Shown piece after piece: positions 13,236-24,990 of a stretch of 64,000 bases of DNA. The notes beneath the pieces were generated by a model that was not told the DNA's origin, did no database searches, and saw nothing but the letters and a program-made list of their open reading frames with translations. This stretch comes from Malacoraja senta. Its lineage: Eukaryota. The DNA lies in the NCBI GenBank assembly GCA_038087875.1, contig CM075992.1, positions 7,316,001 through 7,380,000 of the forward strand, read 5' to 3'. Numbering within the stretch: position 1 is the first letter of the stretch; each line of letters begins with the position of its first letter. The position numbers and the translations under genes are program-made.

Positions 13236-13944
13236 GTAAACACCAGCAATATAATTTGTAGATTACAGTCAAACACGGAACGGCATTCGTTGGCATTTTA
13301 GCAGCAATCCGCAACGAGGAAAACTGACTTCTCACTGATTGAGATGAGGCGTTGGCACAAAAGACCCAGTAGCATTCCTCAAGAACTGAAACATACATTC
13401 CACATACTCATCTTAGTACCTCACTACCGCTTGTCCGATCGTTTTGAAGTATTTCAGAGTATTTGTTTAGAAATATCTGAAAGCATTGATATCTATATTT
13501 TTTAATGCGTTGAAGCTTTTAACAGATGTTGATTTTATTCCTATGTCTAAGTGGTTCAGAAGCATTTAGGGCGGCACGATGACGCAGAAAGAGATGCTGG
13601 CTCACCGAGCCAGAGACCCGGCTTTGATCTTAACCTCTAGTGCTGTCTGAGTGGTGTTTGCAAGTTGACCCTCTGACCGCGTGCATTTTTTCGGCGTCCT
13701 CCGGTTTCTCACTATGAGCTGCGTATGTGTCTTAATTATTCTCTGTAAATTCCCCCTCGTGTGCAGGGTTGTGGACGAGGAAGCGGGATTACTTAGGACT
13801 AGTGTGAATGGTGATAGAAGGTCGTCGTCGACTCAGTGGGCGGAACCGCCTGTTTCCATGTTATTTGTTTAATTTAAACCTGGGAGATGGTGGTGCGTTG
13901 CTCTCTTGAGCCACACTTGTAAGGCTGTAGTTATAACACAGGTT

Positions 13945-14150
13945 TATAGACACAACATGGTGGAGTAACTCAGCGGGACAGACAGCATCTCTGGTTAGAA
14001 GTAACGGGGTGATCTTTCGGGTCGAGCCCCTTCTTCAGACCCGAAACGTCACCCATTCCTTCTATCCACAGATGCTGCCTGACCCGCTGAGTTACTCCAG
14101 CATTGTGTGTCTATTTTCGGTGTAAACACGCATCTGCAGTCCCTTCCTAC
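13945..14150. repeat. Penelope-derived palindromic (tail-to-tail) repeat; similar copies at ~11540-11745, 19660-19880, 27680-27840, 29988-30195, 42838-43012, 45205-45440, 48745-48935, 51790-51985
   Basis: gacacaaaatgctggagtaactcagcgggacaggcagcatctctgg...gggtgacgtttcgggtc followed by its reverse complement. Confidence 0.85.
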
Positions 14151-15431
14151 ACGTCATGACAAAGGTGGTGGTTTACGGTTTAATTTTGAGGAGAAAATGT
14201 GACATTCAGTGATATTGTTGTGCAACTGACGTCACTTATAAGCTGGGCAAGAACGGTAGATTTCGCCCGACTGATCTTACACTGAGAGTGTGTATCTAGA
14301 CACACCGAGAAAAAACCGAGTCCGAGAGTGTGGTTCGGACAGAAATAACTTCTCGAGATTCATAGATCCGATTACTACCGTTAGAATCCGGCATCAAGAG
14401 GTACATTTTATGACATTCAGAACAGACTTGCAGTTGTATGTTTCTCAGAAAAAAATGCAATTGCACCAGGGGCGGTGTAAACAGGAACTTGAATCTCTCC
14501 GTTTGCAACCCCCCCCCCCCACCCCCTGCGGCAGAACCCCCCTACCCCTGTTAAAAAAAACATTCCAGCTGAGAGCACGGCGGTAACGTACGATCTGGAA
14601 ACACACATTGAAGTTCAACCTAATGAATAGAATCAAGGTAGATATTAGCCAAATGAACTGACGCCTGCTTCACATCAATGGCCGAGCTCGTTGGACCAGC
14701 TTGGACAAACTAGGGGTTAAGAAAATTCTAACTAAAGCTTCCTCTTTCTGCATTCTCTGCCCCGAATAATTGGCCGTGCGATGAGGTGCAGGCGAATGCT
14801 ATCCAACATGTGAGCACACGTGAGAGGGTCCAAGACTAGGTTTACAAGAATTATCCCAGTTCCAAAACGCTCTGGTGACCGGAGGCGTGGAGATCGAGGT
14901 ACCCAGTGCGTTACTGGCTTTTAGTTTAATTCAACTCAGAGATGCAGCATGGAAACTGACATTTCGGCACACCGAGTGCACGCCGACCACCGCTCACCCG
15001 ATCTTATTCATTCCACGCTATTCGATCCTTCGCACTCGGTGGGGGTTACAGCAGGCAACTAACCCACAAACCTGCACGCCTTTGGAGTGTGGGAGGAAAC
15101 CCTCGCGGTCACTGGGAGAACGAGCAAACTACACATAGACAGCACCCGAGGTCAGGATCGAGCCCGGATCTCCGGCGCTGTGAGGCAGCAGCTCCACCAC
15201 TGCGCCACTGTGCCGATCCCTGCAAATGGCCTACAGTGGAGCAGGTGGATCATGGTCACCAGCACCGAGGACGGGGCACTGGAGGGCGATGGGAAGATAA
15301 ATAATTACTAAGGCGAGTTTTCGAGGATGTGGGCTCAATGCACGAAACATCCACGTGGGGACCACGTGCGGTCAACGTTTTCAAATACATGAAAGGGAAT
15401 ACAGTAGTAACAGTCGTGCATTTTATTATTT

Positions 15432-15670
15432 NNNNNNNNNNNNNNNNNNNNNNNNNNNNNNNNNNNNNNNNNNNNNNNNNNNNNNNNNNNNNNNNNNNNN
15501 NNNNNNNNNNNNNNNNNNNNNNNNNNNNNNNNNNNNNNNNNNNNNNNNNNNNNNNNNNNNNNNNNNNNNNNNNNNNNNNNNNNNNNNNNNNNNNNNNNNN
15601 NNNNNNNNNNNNNNNNNNNNNNNNNNNNNNNNNNNNNNNNNNNNNNNNNNNNNNNNNNNNNNNNNNNNNN
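15432..15670. other. N run (gap or masked sequence); others at 23334-23547, 25833-26032, 45752-45922, 49113-49242
   Basis: Runs of n. Confidence 1.
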
Positions 15671-15848
15671 CCTCTCTCTCCGTCCCTCCATGTCTTTCTC
15701 CCCATCTGTCGCTATCTTTCACCCTCTCGCTTTCTTGTTGTCTCTCTCACTCTCCCACTCTCGGTCTCGGACCTTAATCCAAAGTCGGACGTATCTGGGC
15801 TGGACACAATCTTTCACCTTTTACGTAATGACCAATGTTCTGATGATG

Positions 15849-18131
15849 AGCAAATCTGGAGGCATTGCCATAATCGGCTCGTTGAGAAATAGACAGGAGC
15901 AAAAGTCACAAAGACATGGAGTCATAGAGCAGATAAACACACCCTTCGGCCAAACTCATGTCGATCAAGGTGCCCTATCCAAGCTCAAACTGCAACCTGG
16001 CCAATATTCCTCTAAACCTTTCTTATCCACCCTCCCCCTACTTCAAATGTCTTTTAAATATTTTTATTTTACCTGCCTCAGCAAATCGTTGCTCCTCTTC
16101 ACAGACAACTTTGAGTAAATCAACGGAATTTCAGACTGAGATGTCAAGGCGGATAGAAAGTAAGTTTAATTTAATCAGGAGACCTATCGCCTCCATTTAT
16201 TCACCCGGCAATATAAGAATGATGTAATTAAATTATGGCAGGGAACGGTAGTTTTACTCCTGCCCGGTTACTTAACCCGGGCTCTGGGTATTACCTGCTT
16301 GAGGTTTTATGTCATTACAGCAGTAAATGTTGTATTTCGTCTGTCATGAAACCTAACGAGAAGAGCGATGCATTCTCGAGGGATTCCTGCTGCTCTGGGA
16401 GGTGTGGATATGAACAGAGGGAAAGGCCATGCTCCTGCATCTTCGCCATATTTGCCATTTGCATTGACATTCCACCTCCAGCATCATCTTCCCAACCCCC
16501 TACATTTCCGCTTCCGTCAGGGACTATTCCGCCCGTGACGTCACGACCCCTCTGATCCCTCTCCACCCACTCCTCCGTCCCACACACTTCACATTATCAG
16601 TGCGGGAGTTGCAACACCTGTTCCGACAATGATTTTCCCCCGCCTCTAGAGCAATAACTGCCTTTCCAGGTGAAGCAAAGATTCACGAGTACCATCTCCA
16701 ACCTCGAAAACCACATTCGGTGCTCCCGGTGTGGCCTCCGCTGTATCAGTGAGACCAAATGTAGGCCAGACATCCGATATGCAGAGCAGTTACTCTCTCT
16801 CGGCAATATAGCGATGCCGAGCTCCGTGTCCTTCCCGTGTCCTTGAATTGTCCTTCCCATTCTAACAACGACCTGTACTCAGTCAGCTCCAATACCCGGG
16901 TCAGGCGCGAAACGCCGCCTACCCATCCCCCCCCCCCCCCCCACCACCCCCCCTCCCCGACACACACACACACAGACGCTGTCTGACCCGCTGAATTAAT
17001 CCCACACATTGTGTTTATTGAAGATCCAAGAATCTGCAATACCTCATGTTTTAGGACAAGCTGCTTGTGCAATGTAAATTAACATTAGGCGCAATATCTC
17101 ACTCTATACTTCCGAACTCTCCGACTGCGGACAAGTACACAACGGAGCCCGACAACTAGCTCTAAACAATTGTTGTATTAAGAATCAGCTTAGCGGTGCA
17201 AAATAAAGAGAAAAACACGTTCCAGTGGTTTATAAACTTTCAGATCTAAAGAACAATCCTATGGCTTTTTTTCTTCAAAAAGCCCTGTCATGGAAACGAA
17301 AGGATGTCAGTACATGTGGGAACAATAGCTGATGACAGTACTGTATTACTTGTATGTACAGCCCCGTGTAATAATTATCCTGCTCTATAACGCTCGATTA
17401 TTTATTAACAACTTACAAAATGAAACCCAGTTATAGGGTGAGAGGGATATGTGTTTTGCATTTCCATGTTTACATGTCCTGGTTATAAAGCTGATGCCCT
17501 AAATATCAGGCAGGACTTTGACAAGGTCATTTATGGCGGTGCTCGTGTACGGACAGCTCTTTCTGCATTTGGAGGTTAACTCGTAGAACACGGCTCACAA
17601 CCGGTCTCTAACAACCACACACACACACAACAAGACCCTCCCACACCAATCCCCTGCTACTGGGGCTACCTCCCGTGCCTTGTTTCTCAGCCTGGTGCTT
17701 TGAATACCAGCAAAACAGAGCAGCAAGGTTCATATCTAACAACTACAAGTGGCAGAGCTCAGTCTCCAGCATGTTAAAGAACCTTAAACTTCATCCACCT
17801 TCTACTCGTCGCAAGTTCGTCAGACTGACAAAATTCCACAAGATCAAGAATACCACCATTGATGTAAAGATGGAGGAGCACATCCAGTTAATCCAAGCAC
17901 CCATAGGCATGTCAACCAGAAGCTACCAACCTGGAAATTATTTCAATCCTCACGGCACTTCATCAGCACTTTCTAACTCATTTCTCTTCAAGACAGCAAG
18001 GGATTGGAATGTCCTACCAGCCAGCATCAGAGATCTCCAAAACATCAACACATACAAAGATGCAACTCCAAATGCATCTCCATCTCGACTGGCACGTCCA
18101 TCACCATCAAAGTGCTGAGTGATGCTCCACA
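15849..18131 (-). pseudogene. Inverted, internally deleted relic of a gene 1 paralog
   Basis: Reverse-complement similarity: 15849-17262 to 9385-10772; ~17274-17716 to 5795-6175 (includes CTLD exon 2 acceptor); ~17714-18131 to 2917-3331. Confidence 0.9.
16500..16790 (+). mobile_element. Penelope-like GIY-YIG fragment (inverted copy at ~9845-10115)
   Basis: FQVKQRFTSTISNLENHIRCSRCGLRCISETKCR, degenerate N.IY.I.C..C...YIGET motif. Confidence 0.7.
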
Positions 18132-18667
18132 TGGAGCATATAACAGTAACATGTTTTTACTGTTATATGCCTGATCCCTGGGTTGACGGGACTGTCATAT
18201 CAGGAAAGATTGAAAAGACTAGGGTTGTATTCACTGGAGTTTAGAAGATGGGGGATCTTATAGAAACATATAAAATTATAAAAGCACTGGACAAGCTAGA
18301 TGCTGGTAAAATGTTCCCAATGTTGGGCAAGTCCAGAACCAGGGGCCACAGTCTTAGAATAAAGGGGAGGCCACTTAAGACCCATGATGATCATGGGGTC
18401 TTAACGCTTGACAAGCTATTTTAAGCATTCTTTAAATACATTGAAAATTACTGCTGCTTTCAGGCAATATGTTCCACATTCAAACATCCTCAGGGTCGGA
18501 AGTTCGCAACTTCCTTGCAGCCCTTCACCAATTACCATTGCTATCTAGAGAGCGAACTAATACACAATCTGCATCAACGTAACAAATGAAGTCGATGCCA
18601 CTTAATGTATTCTTCGCTCAGACACTTATACTCCGAAAGTCACAATCACGCATCATTCTAAAGAGAT

Positions 18668-18781
18668 ACAGTTTCTCATTTCTGACAAACGTACGTGAAT
18701 CTTCTCCCCACATATTCCAATGCAACAGTTTCTCATTTCTGACAAACGTACGTGAATCTTCTCCCCACATATTCCAATGCA
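18668..18781. repeat. Perfect 57-bp tandem duplication
   Basis: acagtttctcatttctgacaaacgtacgtgaatcttctccccacatattccaatgca twice. Confidence 0.95.
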
Positions 18782-18990
18782 ATGATATATTTCCTTCACC
18801 GCGGTGATCAAAATTGTGCTCATTCTCCAAAGCTGTTTTCTAACTAGGGTCGTGTGAGTTTCTAGCAAATGCGCTCTGCTCTTATATGAAATGAATAGTC
18901 TAATCGCGACATGAGGGGTACATGGGTAGCAGGATGCAAATCCCATCTATTTAAACGTGAATGTGTGTGGTAACATTATTTCCATTTCAG

Positions 18991-19065
18991 TGACACAGTT
19001 GCTGAACGAAACGAAGACGTCAGTTGATGATATTTGGAGGCTCGCTTTGGAGATAAACATTATAG
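18991..19065 (+). CDS. Gene 2 neck-repeat exon (75 nt, phase 1-1)
   Basis: tttccatttcag acceptor, gtgcgt donor; xTQLLNETKTSVDDIWRLALEINII; same size and pattern as gene 3 repeats. Confidence 0.8.
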
Positions 19066-21134
19066 GTGCGTTTAAAATTCATTCTGTGCAAATCTACGTG
19101 ATTCCAATTCAGAGAGATTGCTACCTCGTTAATTGATCTTGTGGTTCTCCGGGCTTTTACCCACAAGATCGCCACAGATTAATCTCCAGTCTGGAGGATA
19201 GGAGATTCCTCGTGCGGATTGCAACAAAGGCATATTTCCTGCAGACGTTTAAGCGGCAGCGAACCTGTACCATATTCACGTTGCGCGGTTTATTTTCATG
19301 GAATTGAACGCACTGGAAAGTTATTGAACATAGTTCTGAGGAAAGGTTTTCTGCGGTCTGGCAGAGCTAGCCACTTCGCCTCCATTCCCCTCATCATTGC
19401 ATGAAGTCGCCCCCTACCGTGTGTCATTATATCCTTCAGTTGTACGGTGTCACTTCCCTACGGTGTGCTGCTAGCGTCGCTCTCTGTAATTGTATCTCAA
19501 CCGCGTGGCGTCATTCTCCACGCTGTGTTATATAAATGCCTCGTCAATCATTAGGTTCAGGAAATAGAATAAAATCTATGCAGAGAGCGCCTTTCTAGGA
19601 CGAACCTATTTTTGGATCTTAAACAATTAGGAATATAGGAGACTCGGTCAACGGGTGATGTGTAGGAATGAACCGCAAATGCTGGTTTGAACCGAAGATA
19701 GATCCAAAATGCTGGAGTAACTCCGCGAAACAGGCAGCATCTCCGGAGAGAAGGAATGGGTGACGTTTTTGGTTCGAGACGTCTGAAGAAGGGTCTCGAC
19801 CCGAAACGTCACCAATTCCTTCTCTCAGGAGATTCTGCCTGTCCCGCTGAGTTACTCCAGCATATTGTGTCTATCTTCGGTCAACGGTCATTGTGGTAAT
19901 CTTTCCAATTTACGAGAACCGGGTTCAGTTTAGAATGGAACTCATGGTTCTGGGGCACATGGAGTTGGGGAAGAGGGACTTGGAATCTGCCAGTGACTAT
20001 TTCTCGGAGAAGCAATATCTCTGCTGGAATTTGCACATCCAGAGATTTGGCAGGAAGAATAAGGCGGACAAGAACACACGGCAGTTGCGAGGCGGGAAGG
20101 ACTGGACAGGAAGAGAGTGAACAGAGATTCAAGGCATGCAGTAGTGAGGCGATGAAACGTTGTCTGATTTGGGCAAGGGTTCTGGAGGCGAGAGGATTCG
20201 TTTACTTTGGCTGAGGAGTTCAGTTGGACATTGCAAGAGTGGATGGTTTGGGTGGTAAACTTCGTGTGATGAACTCCAGATTCAAAAGAGAGCACTGATG
20301 AGCGGGGGCATGGAAGAGGGGGAGTGGGGGATTTGAAGAGAATGACGAGGGATATTAGAAGACAGTAATTAAGATATATTGAGAGGGTGAAGGAAAAAAG
20401 AGAGAGAGGCGGCGAGAAGTAGGAGATGGAAGGGGGAGGTCAGATTGGGTGACTGAAGGTACTGGTGATTGTAGAAGAGGAGGACGTGGAAGTGGGGTAA
20501 TAAGCGATTAGGTAAGGCTCGCCATATTTCAGCTGCCACGCCAAACGTAAGGCAAGCTCTTGGTGACCCCTCTTTCCCGGGGACCTCCTGTCCCCATTCC
20601 TGTCAGAACAACTAGGCGGCACTGTAAATGTAGGTGGAAGTATTTAGAATTGGCTCTGGCACTTGAAGCCCCGACTGATGTCAGTCCATGAAGATATCCT
20701 ACGAGTCCTTCCAGGTACAATGCTCAAAGAGGGAGATATGTGGATTGTCTGGTAAATGTCTCGCCTCGCTGTAGAATAAAACAGCCTAACTGGGGTGGCA
20801 CGCTGGCGCAGCAGTAGAGTTGCTGCCTGACAGCGCCAGAGACCCGGGTTCGACCCTGACAGTGTTTGTGCATTTTCCCCGTGACCGCGGAGGTTTTCTC
20901 CGGGTGTACCCGTTTACACTGCCGCACAGGTTTGTCGGTTAATTGACTTCTGTTAATTGATGCTGTCTGAAATACCCGTGAAATACCTGAAACACAAGGT
21001 TTCCATTTTTACATGATGATCACCGATACATCGGTGAGCATCATTGCGTTCTTACGGTAAATCGGGAGTGAAGGCGCGAACAAGTTCATTGAGAAGCAGG
21101 ACCTCGTGATAAAATGTATTGTCCCTTTTGACAG

Positions 21135-21206
21135 TTCAAGTGTGCTGCATGAGGAGATTCCCCTTGCCATGTCAACCCTGTCCTTTGATGCCACCTCAAA
21201 TATCAG
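21135..21206 (+). CDS. Gene 2 Cys/Pro-rich stalk exon (72 nt, phase 1-1)
   Basis: gtcccttttgacag acceptor, CAG|gtaagt donor; VQVCCMRRFPLPCQPCPLMPPQIS, in frame with CTLD exon 1. Confidence 0.62.
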
Positions 21207-21650
21207 GTAAGTTTAATGAACAACAGAGAGACATTTTGTACCCAAGCATTCTTCATTGAAACGATCTTAATTGGGACACAACGATTGCGAGTGGGGACCC
21301 ACTCAGCGGGTCAAGCAGCATTTCTTGAGAAAATGAATAGGTGAATAGGGGACTCTCAGTCTGAAGAAGGGTTTCGACGCAAAACGTCACCTATTGTCAA
21401 GAGATGCCGCTTACAGCCCTGAGTTACTCCAGCACCCTGTGACAATCTTCGGTGTAAATCAACACTTTCAGTTCCTTCCAACATACAATGTACCATTGGT
21501 AGCGCACTTATCATGGTACAGATTGAATGTGCCAAATTATATTTAAATGTCTGAATATGTTCAGCGTGCAACACCTGGACAGGTAAAGAGGACGTTGAAG
21601 GACTGTGAGTGTCCAAGTTGTTTCTAACTTAAATGTTGATGTCTTCGCAG

Positions 21651-21796
21651 ACCCAATTCTCCTTGTCGACCAGTGGATACGCTTCAATCAAACATGGTAT
21701 TATTTCTCATCAACTCGGGGAACTTGGAATGAATCTCAAACTTTCTGTGCCTCTATGAACTCCAACCTTGTGGTCATTAACAGTTTAGGGGAGCAG
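21651..21796 (+). CDS. Gene 2 CTLD exon 1 (146 nt)
   Basis: DPILLVDQWIRFNQTWYYFSSTRGTWNESQTFCASMNSNLVVINSLGEQ; same length as gene 1 counterpart. Confidence 0.95.
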
Positions 21797-22970
21797 GTAA
21801 AAGACCTTTGTTCGTTACATTCAGTTGTAACTAAGAAGGGTGATGAAGACGGGGCTGTAGATGTTGTCAATATATACTTTAGCAAAGCATTTTACAGGCA
21901 TTTTACATGGTTTAATATCCAGAAAGCTACTGTGTAAAGATCTAAGGCGAGCTGGCTAATTAGATCCAACATTGTTTTGCTGATAACAGCCCAAGTGTAG
22001 TTCGGCGTGGAACAGTGCTGGGAACTGTGCTTAATGTGACATATACATTAAGTTCATGGATGTGAGGTACGATTAATAGGGATTCATAAGGATGTGAATG
22101 AACGAGGTATGCCGAAAAAGTTGTACTGTTGTGGATAGAAAAGAAAGTGGTCTCTGGCTACATCAGAATGTGGATCAAACAGAAAGTTGAGTGAGGAATA
22201 TTCCTTTTCTCCGGAGATGCTGTCTGATCCGCTGAGTAACCCCAGCATTTTGTTGCCAGTCGTAGATCTCAGGTTCGATCTTAAGTGGAGGTCAGGTTTT
22301 AGCCACGCAGGCTAATTGTTAACACTGTAATGTCCCGGAAATCGCGGACAAACAGTTATTTTTCTCATATTGTGTTTACGTGAGGTGGGCATAGTTATAG
22401 CGTGGAAATAGGCCATTCGGCCCAACATGTCCACGCCGACCAACATGCCCCATCGACATTAATGGCACCTGCCAGCTTTTGGCCCATATCCCTCTAAACC
22501 TATCCAATGCAGGTGTCTAAACGTTTCTTAAATATTGCCATAGCACCTGCCTCAACTATCTCCTCCATACACCCACCACCCTTTGAGTAAAAGTCTTAAC
22601 CCTCAGGTTCCCATTAATTCCAACCTTCAGACTTCTATATTTTATCTTCGGTGTAAACCAGCATCTGCAGTTCCTTCCTACATAGAGATCCTCGTGGAGT
22701 GTTTTGAAGGAAGCATCTGCACACCTTATGACGTGACTTATAAGGTGGGAGCAATAAGGTGGGCATTGGAGCCTGGGAAGAGTTTGTACTAATTACGGCA
22801 TTTTTTTCTTCATCAAAGGAAGGCCAAATCGTCCACGTTAATAAATCTTGGCAAAGTAAATTAAATATTGTGGTTAACTCAGTCATGGGCCGATGGCAGT
22901 TGGAAACTCGACCTTTCTTCGTGCCACTAACACTGGGAAATCTATTCATAAACTGTCACTTTTTCCACAG

Positions 22971-23080
22971 GAATTCCTCTTTCGGAATCAAATCCTTCAC
23001 AGCTGGATTGGACTCCATGACCGTGAAAAGGAAGGAATATGGCGTTGGGTGGATGGCACAGATTATGAATCTAATGTCAA
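22971..23080 (+). CDS. Gene 2 CTLD exon 2 (110 nt)
   Basis: EFLFRNQILHSWIGLHDREKEGIWRWVDGTDYESNVK; ttttccacag / gtgagt. Confidence 0.95.
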
Positions 23081-24824
23081 GTGAGTGTTGTTTATCATGC
23101 GGCGAGGTACATACATCCAGGTTCCTACAGAGTTGAGCACCTATCAATTTTTATGTCCGCATTAAGTGCGGTCAGTCAAAAGAGCTTTGTGCGATAACAT
23201 ATGATACCATAGAACTTTATTTATCCCAGGAGGGATACTGGTCTGCCAACAGTCATAAAACACAACCAGATACCTGAAACATGAAATTAAAGTGACGAGT
23301 GGAAAGTCCAGGATTGGGGATGTGCAAAGATTGNNNNNNNNNNNNNNNNNNNNNNNNNNNNNNNNNNNNNNNNNNNNNNNNNNNNNNNNNNNNNNNNNNN
23401 NNNNNNNNNNNNNNNNNNNNNNNNNNNNNNNNNNNNNNNNNNNNNNNNNNNNNNNNNNNNNNNNNNNNNNNNNNNNNNNNNNNNNNNNNNNNNNNNNNNN
23501 NNNNNNNNNNNNNNNNNNNNNNNNNNNNNNNNNNNNNNNNNNNNNNNAAACAACTTCTAACCCCCTCTATCCTTCAGAATCCGGATTGCCCTGTAGATAA
23601 AAGCAGAACAGGATCACTCCTTGATCTTTGGCCTGTTCAACAAAAGACATCTCCCTGTAGAAGGGTCCCGGCCCGAAACATCGCCCATCCATTTTCTCCA
23701 GATCTGTAGAGATGCTGCCTGACTCGCTGAGTTACTCCAGCACTTTGTGTCTATCCCTGTCTGACCGGCCGAGTCACAGTGGTGCAGCGATATCCTGTCT
23801 CGTCGCTTGGGGAAGACCCAAATAAATAACATCGTTCAAATAGTTAAGAGAGCGGGGAGGGGAGGGGAGGGGGGGGGGTAGTCACGATTTCCGGGGACAC
23901 ATAGTCGTCGGTTGGGTAAACCCCGTGGTAAACTGTGAAAAACTTACAACCACACAGTCTAAACAAACTAAGATCGGAATTCGGAGAAAAATGTACCAAG
24001 ACACTGGACAGGTTATTTAGCCTCTTGGAGAAAGAAACGGAGAGTGGAAGAAAGTGTTTGGAGAAACGGGTAGACAGGTGGAAGAAAAAAAGGGAATGGA
24101 GAGATGTGGGGTAATATAGAGCAATAAAAAAGGGAATTTACAGTCATCAGAAGGTTGCCAACAGATATTGGGCTGGGACCTGGGCTCTAATGCACAAGTT
24201 AGCGCAGTGTAGCGAAGGAACCAAACTGGGCCACTCTTAAGAAATATGCTTACTTCTTCACAGGGTCTTTAACTGCGTATTTCAGTATTGAACCTTTCGG
24301 CCCACAGTCCAACTCTGTTTACGAGGTATGCCAATATTTGGGCTCAGGAAGCCACCTGCTTCATATTAGAGTGTTGTTGCGGGTAGAAACGCACATGGTA
24401 TTACGCACAGGGTGGTCAAACCGAACGGTGGTATTCTAGAGGGTACAATCTTGCTGTTAAATATATTTCCATCGTTCAATTATCCAATCTGACCAATCTG
24501 ACATAACCTGGTCAATACCGAGGTCAAATACCTCTGGGAATTATGTCTAAATTTTATATGACTGATGTTTTCCAACATCATTTCCAAATATAATTTGAAA
24601 AATCTATATATTTAAATTGTTCCCAGAATGTGAGAATATAGACCAGACAGGTACTGGGAAAATGGAGTAGGATGGGCTGTATCCATGCTGTATCTTTCAA
24701 CCAATTCAATTCATCAATGTAAGCTGAGGCATGGAGTGATGGTAACCATTTGAAGCTCACAAGGTAACCATTGGGGATTTTCTAGCCCTCGTCCAATCTG
24801 ACTCGTGCCTCTCTTCTCACTCAG

Positions 24825-24990
24825 GTTCTGGGGGATAGGGCAACCTCAAGGATCTACGGGGCCAGAGGAAGACTGTGCTGTGCTATCAGAACGTGGAACG
24901 TGGCACGATTGGCCATGCCGTTCCATACATCACCTCATATGCAAAAGACCTTTCACAATGATGTCTGAATCCATGACACCTGGCGACTAA
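24825..24990 (+). CDS. Gene 2 CTLD exon 3 (terminal coding exon)
   Basis: FWGIGQPQGSTGPEEDCAVLSERGTWHDWPCRSIHHLICKRPFTMMSESMTPGD*; core CTLD cysteines present. Confidence 0.95.

Noticed and set aside
15256-15892. ORFs spanning N runs (also near 23.3, 25.8, 45.7 and 49.1 kb)
   Set aside because: Open only because N codons contain no stops.
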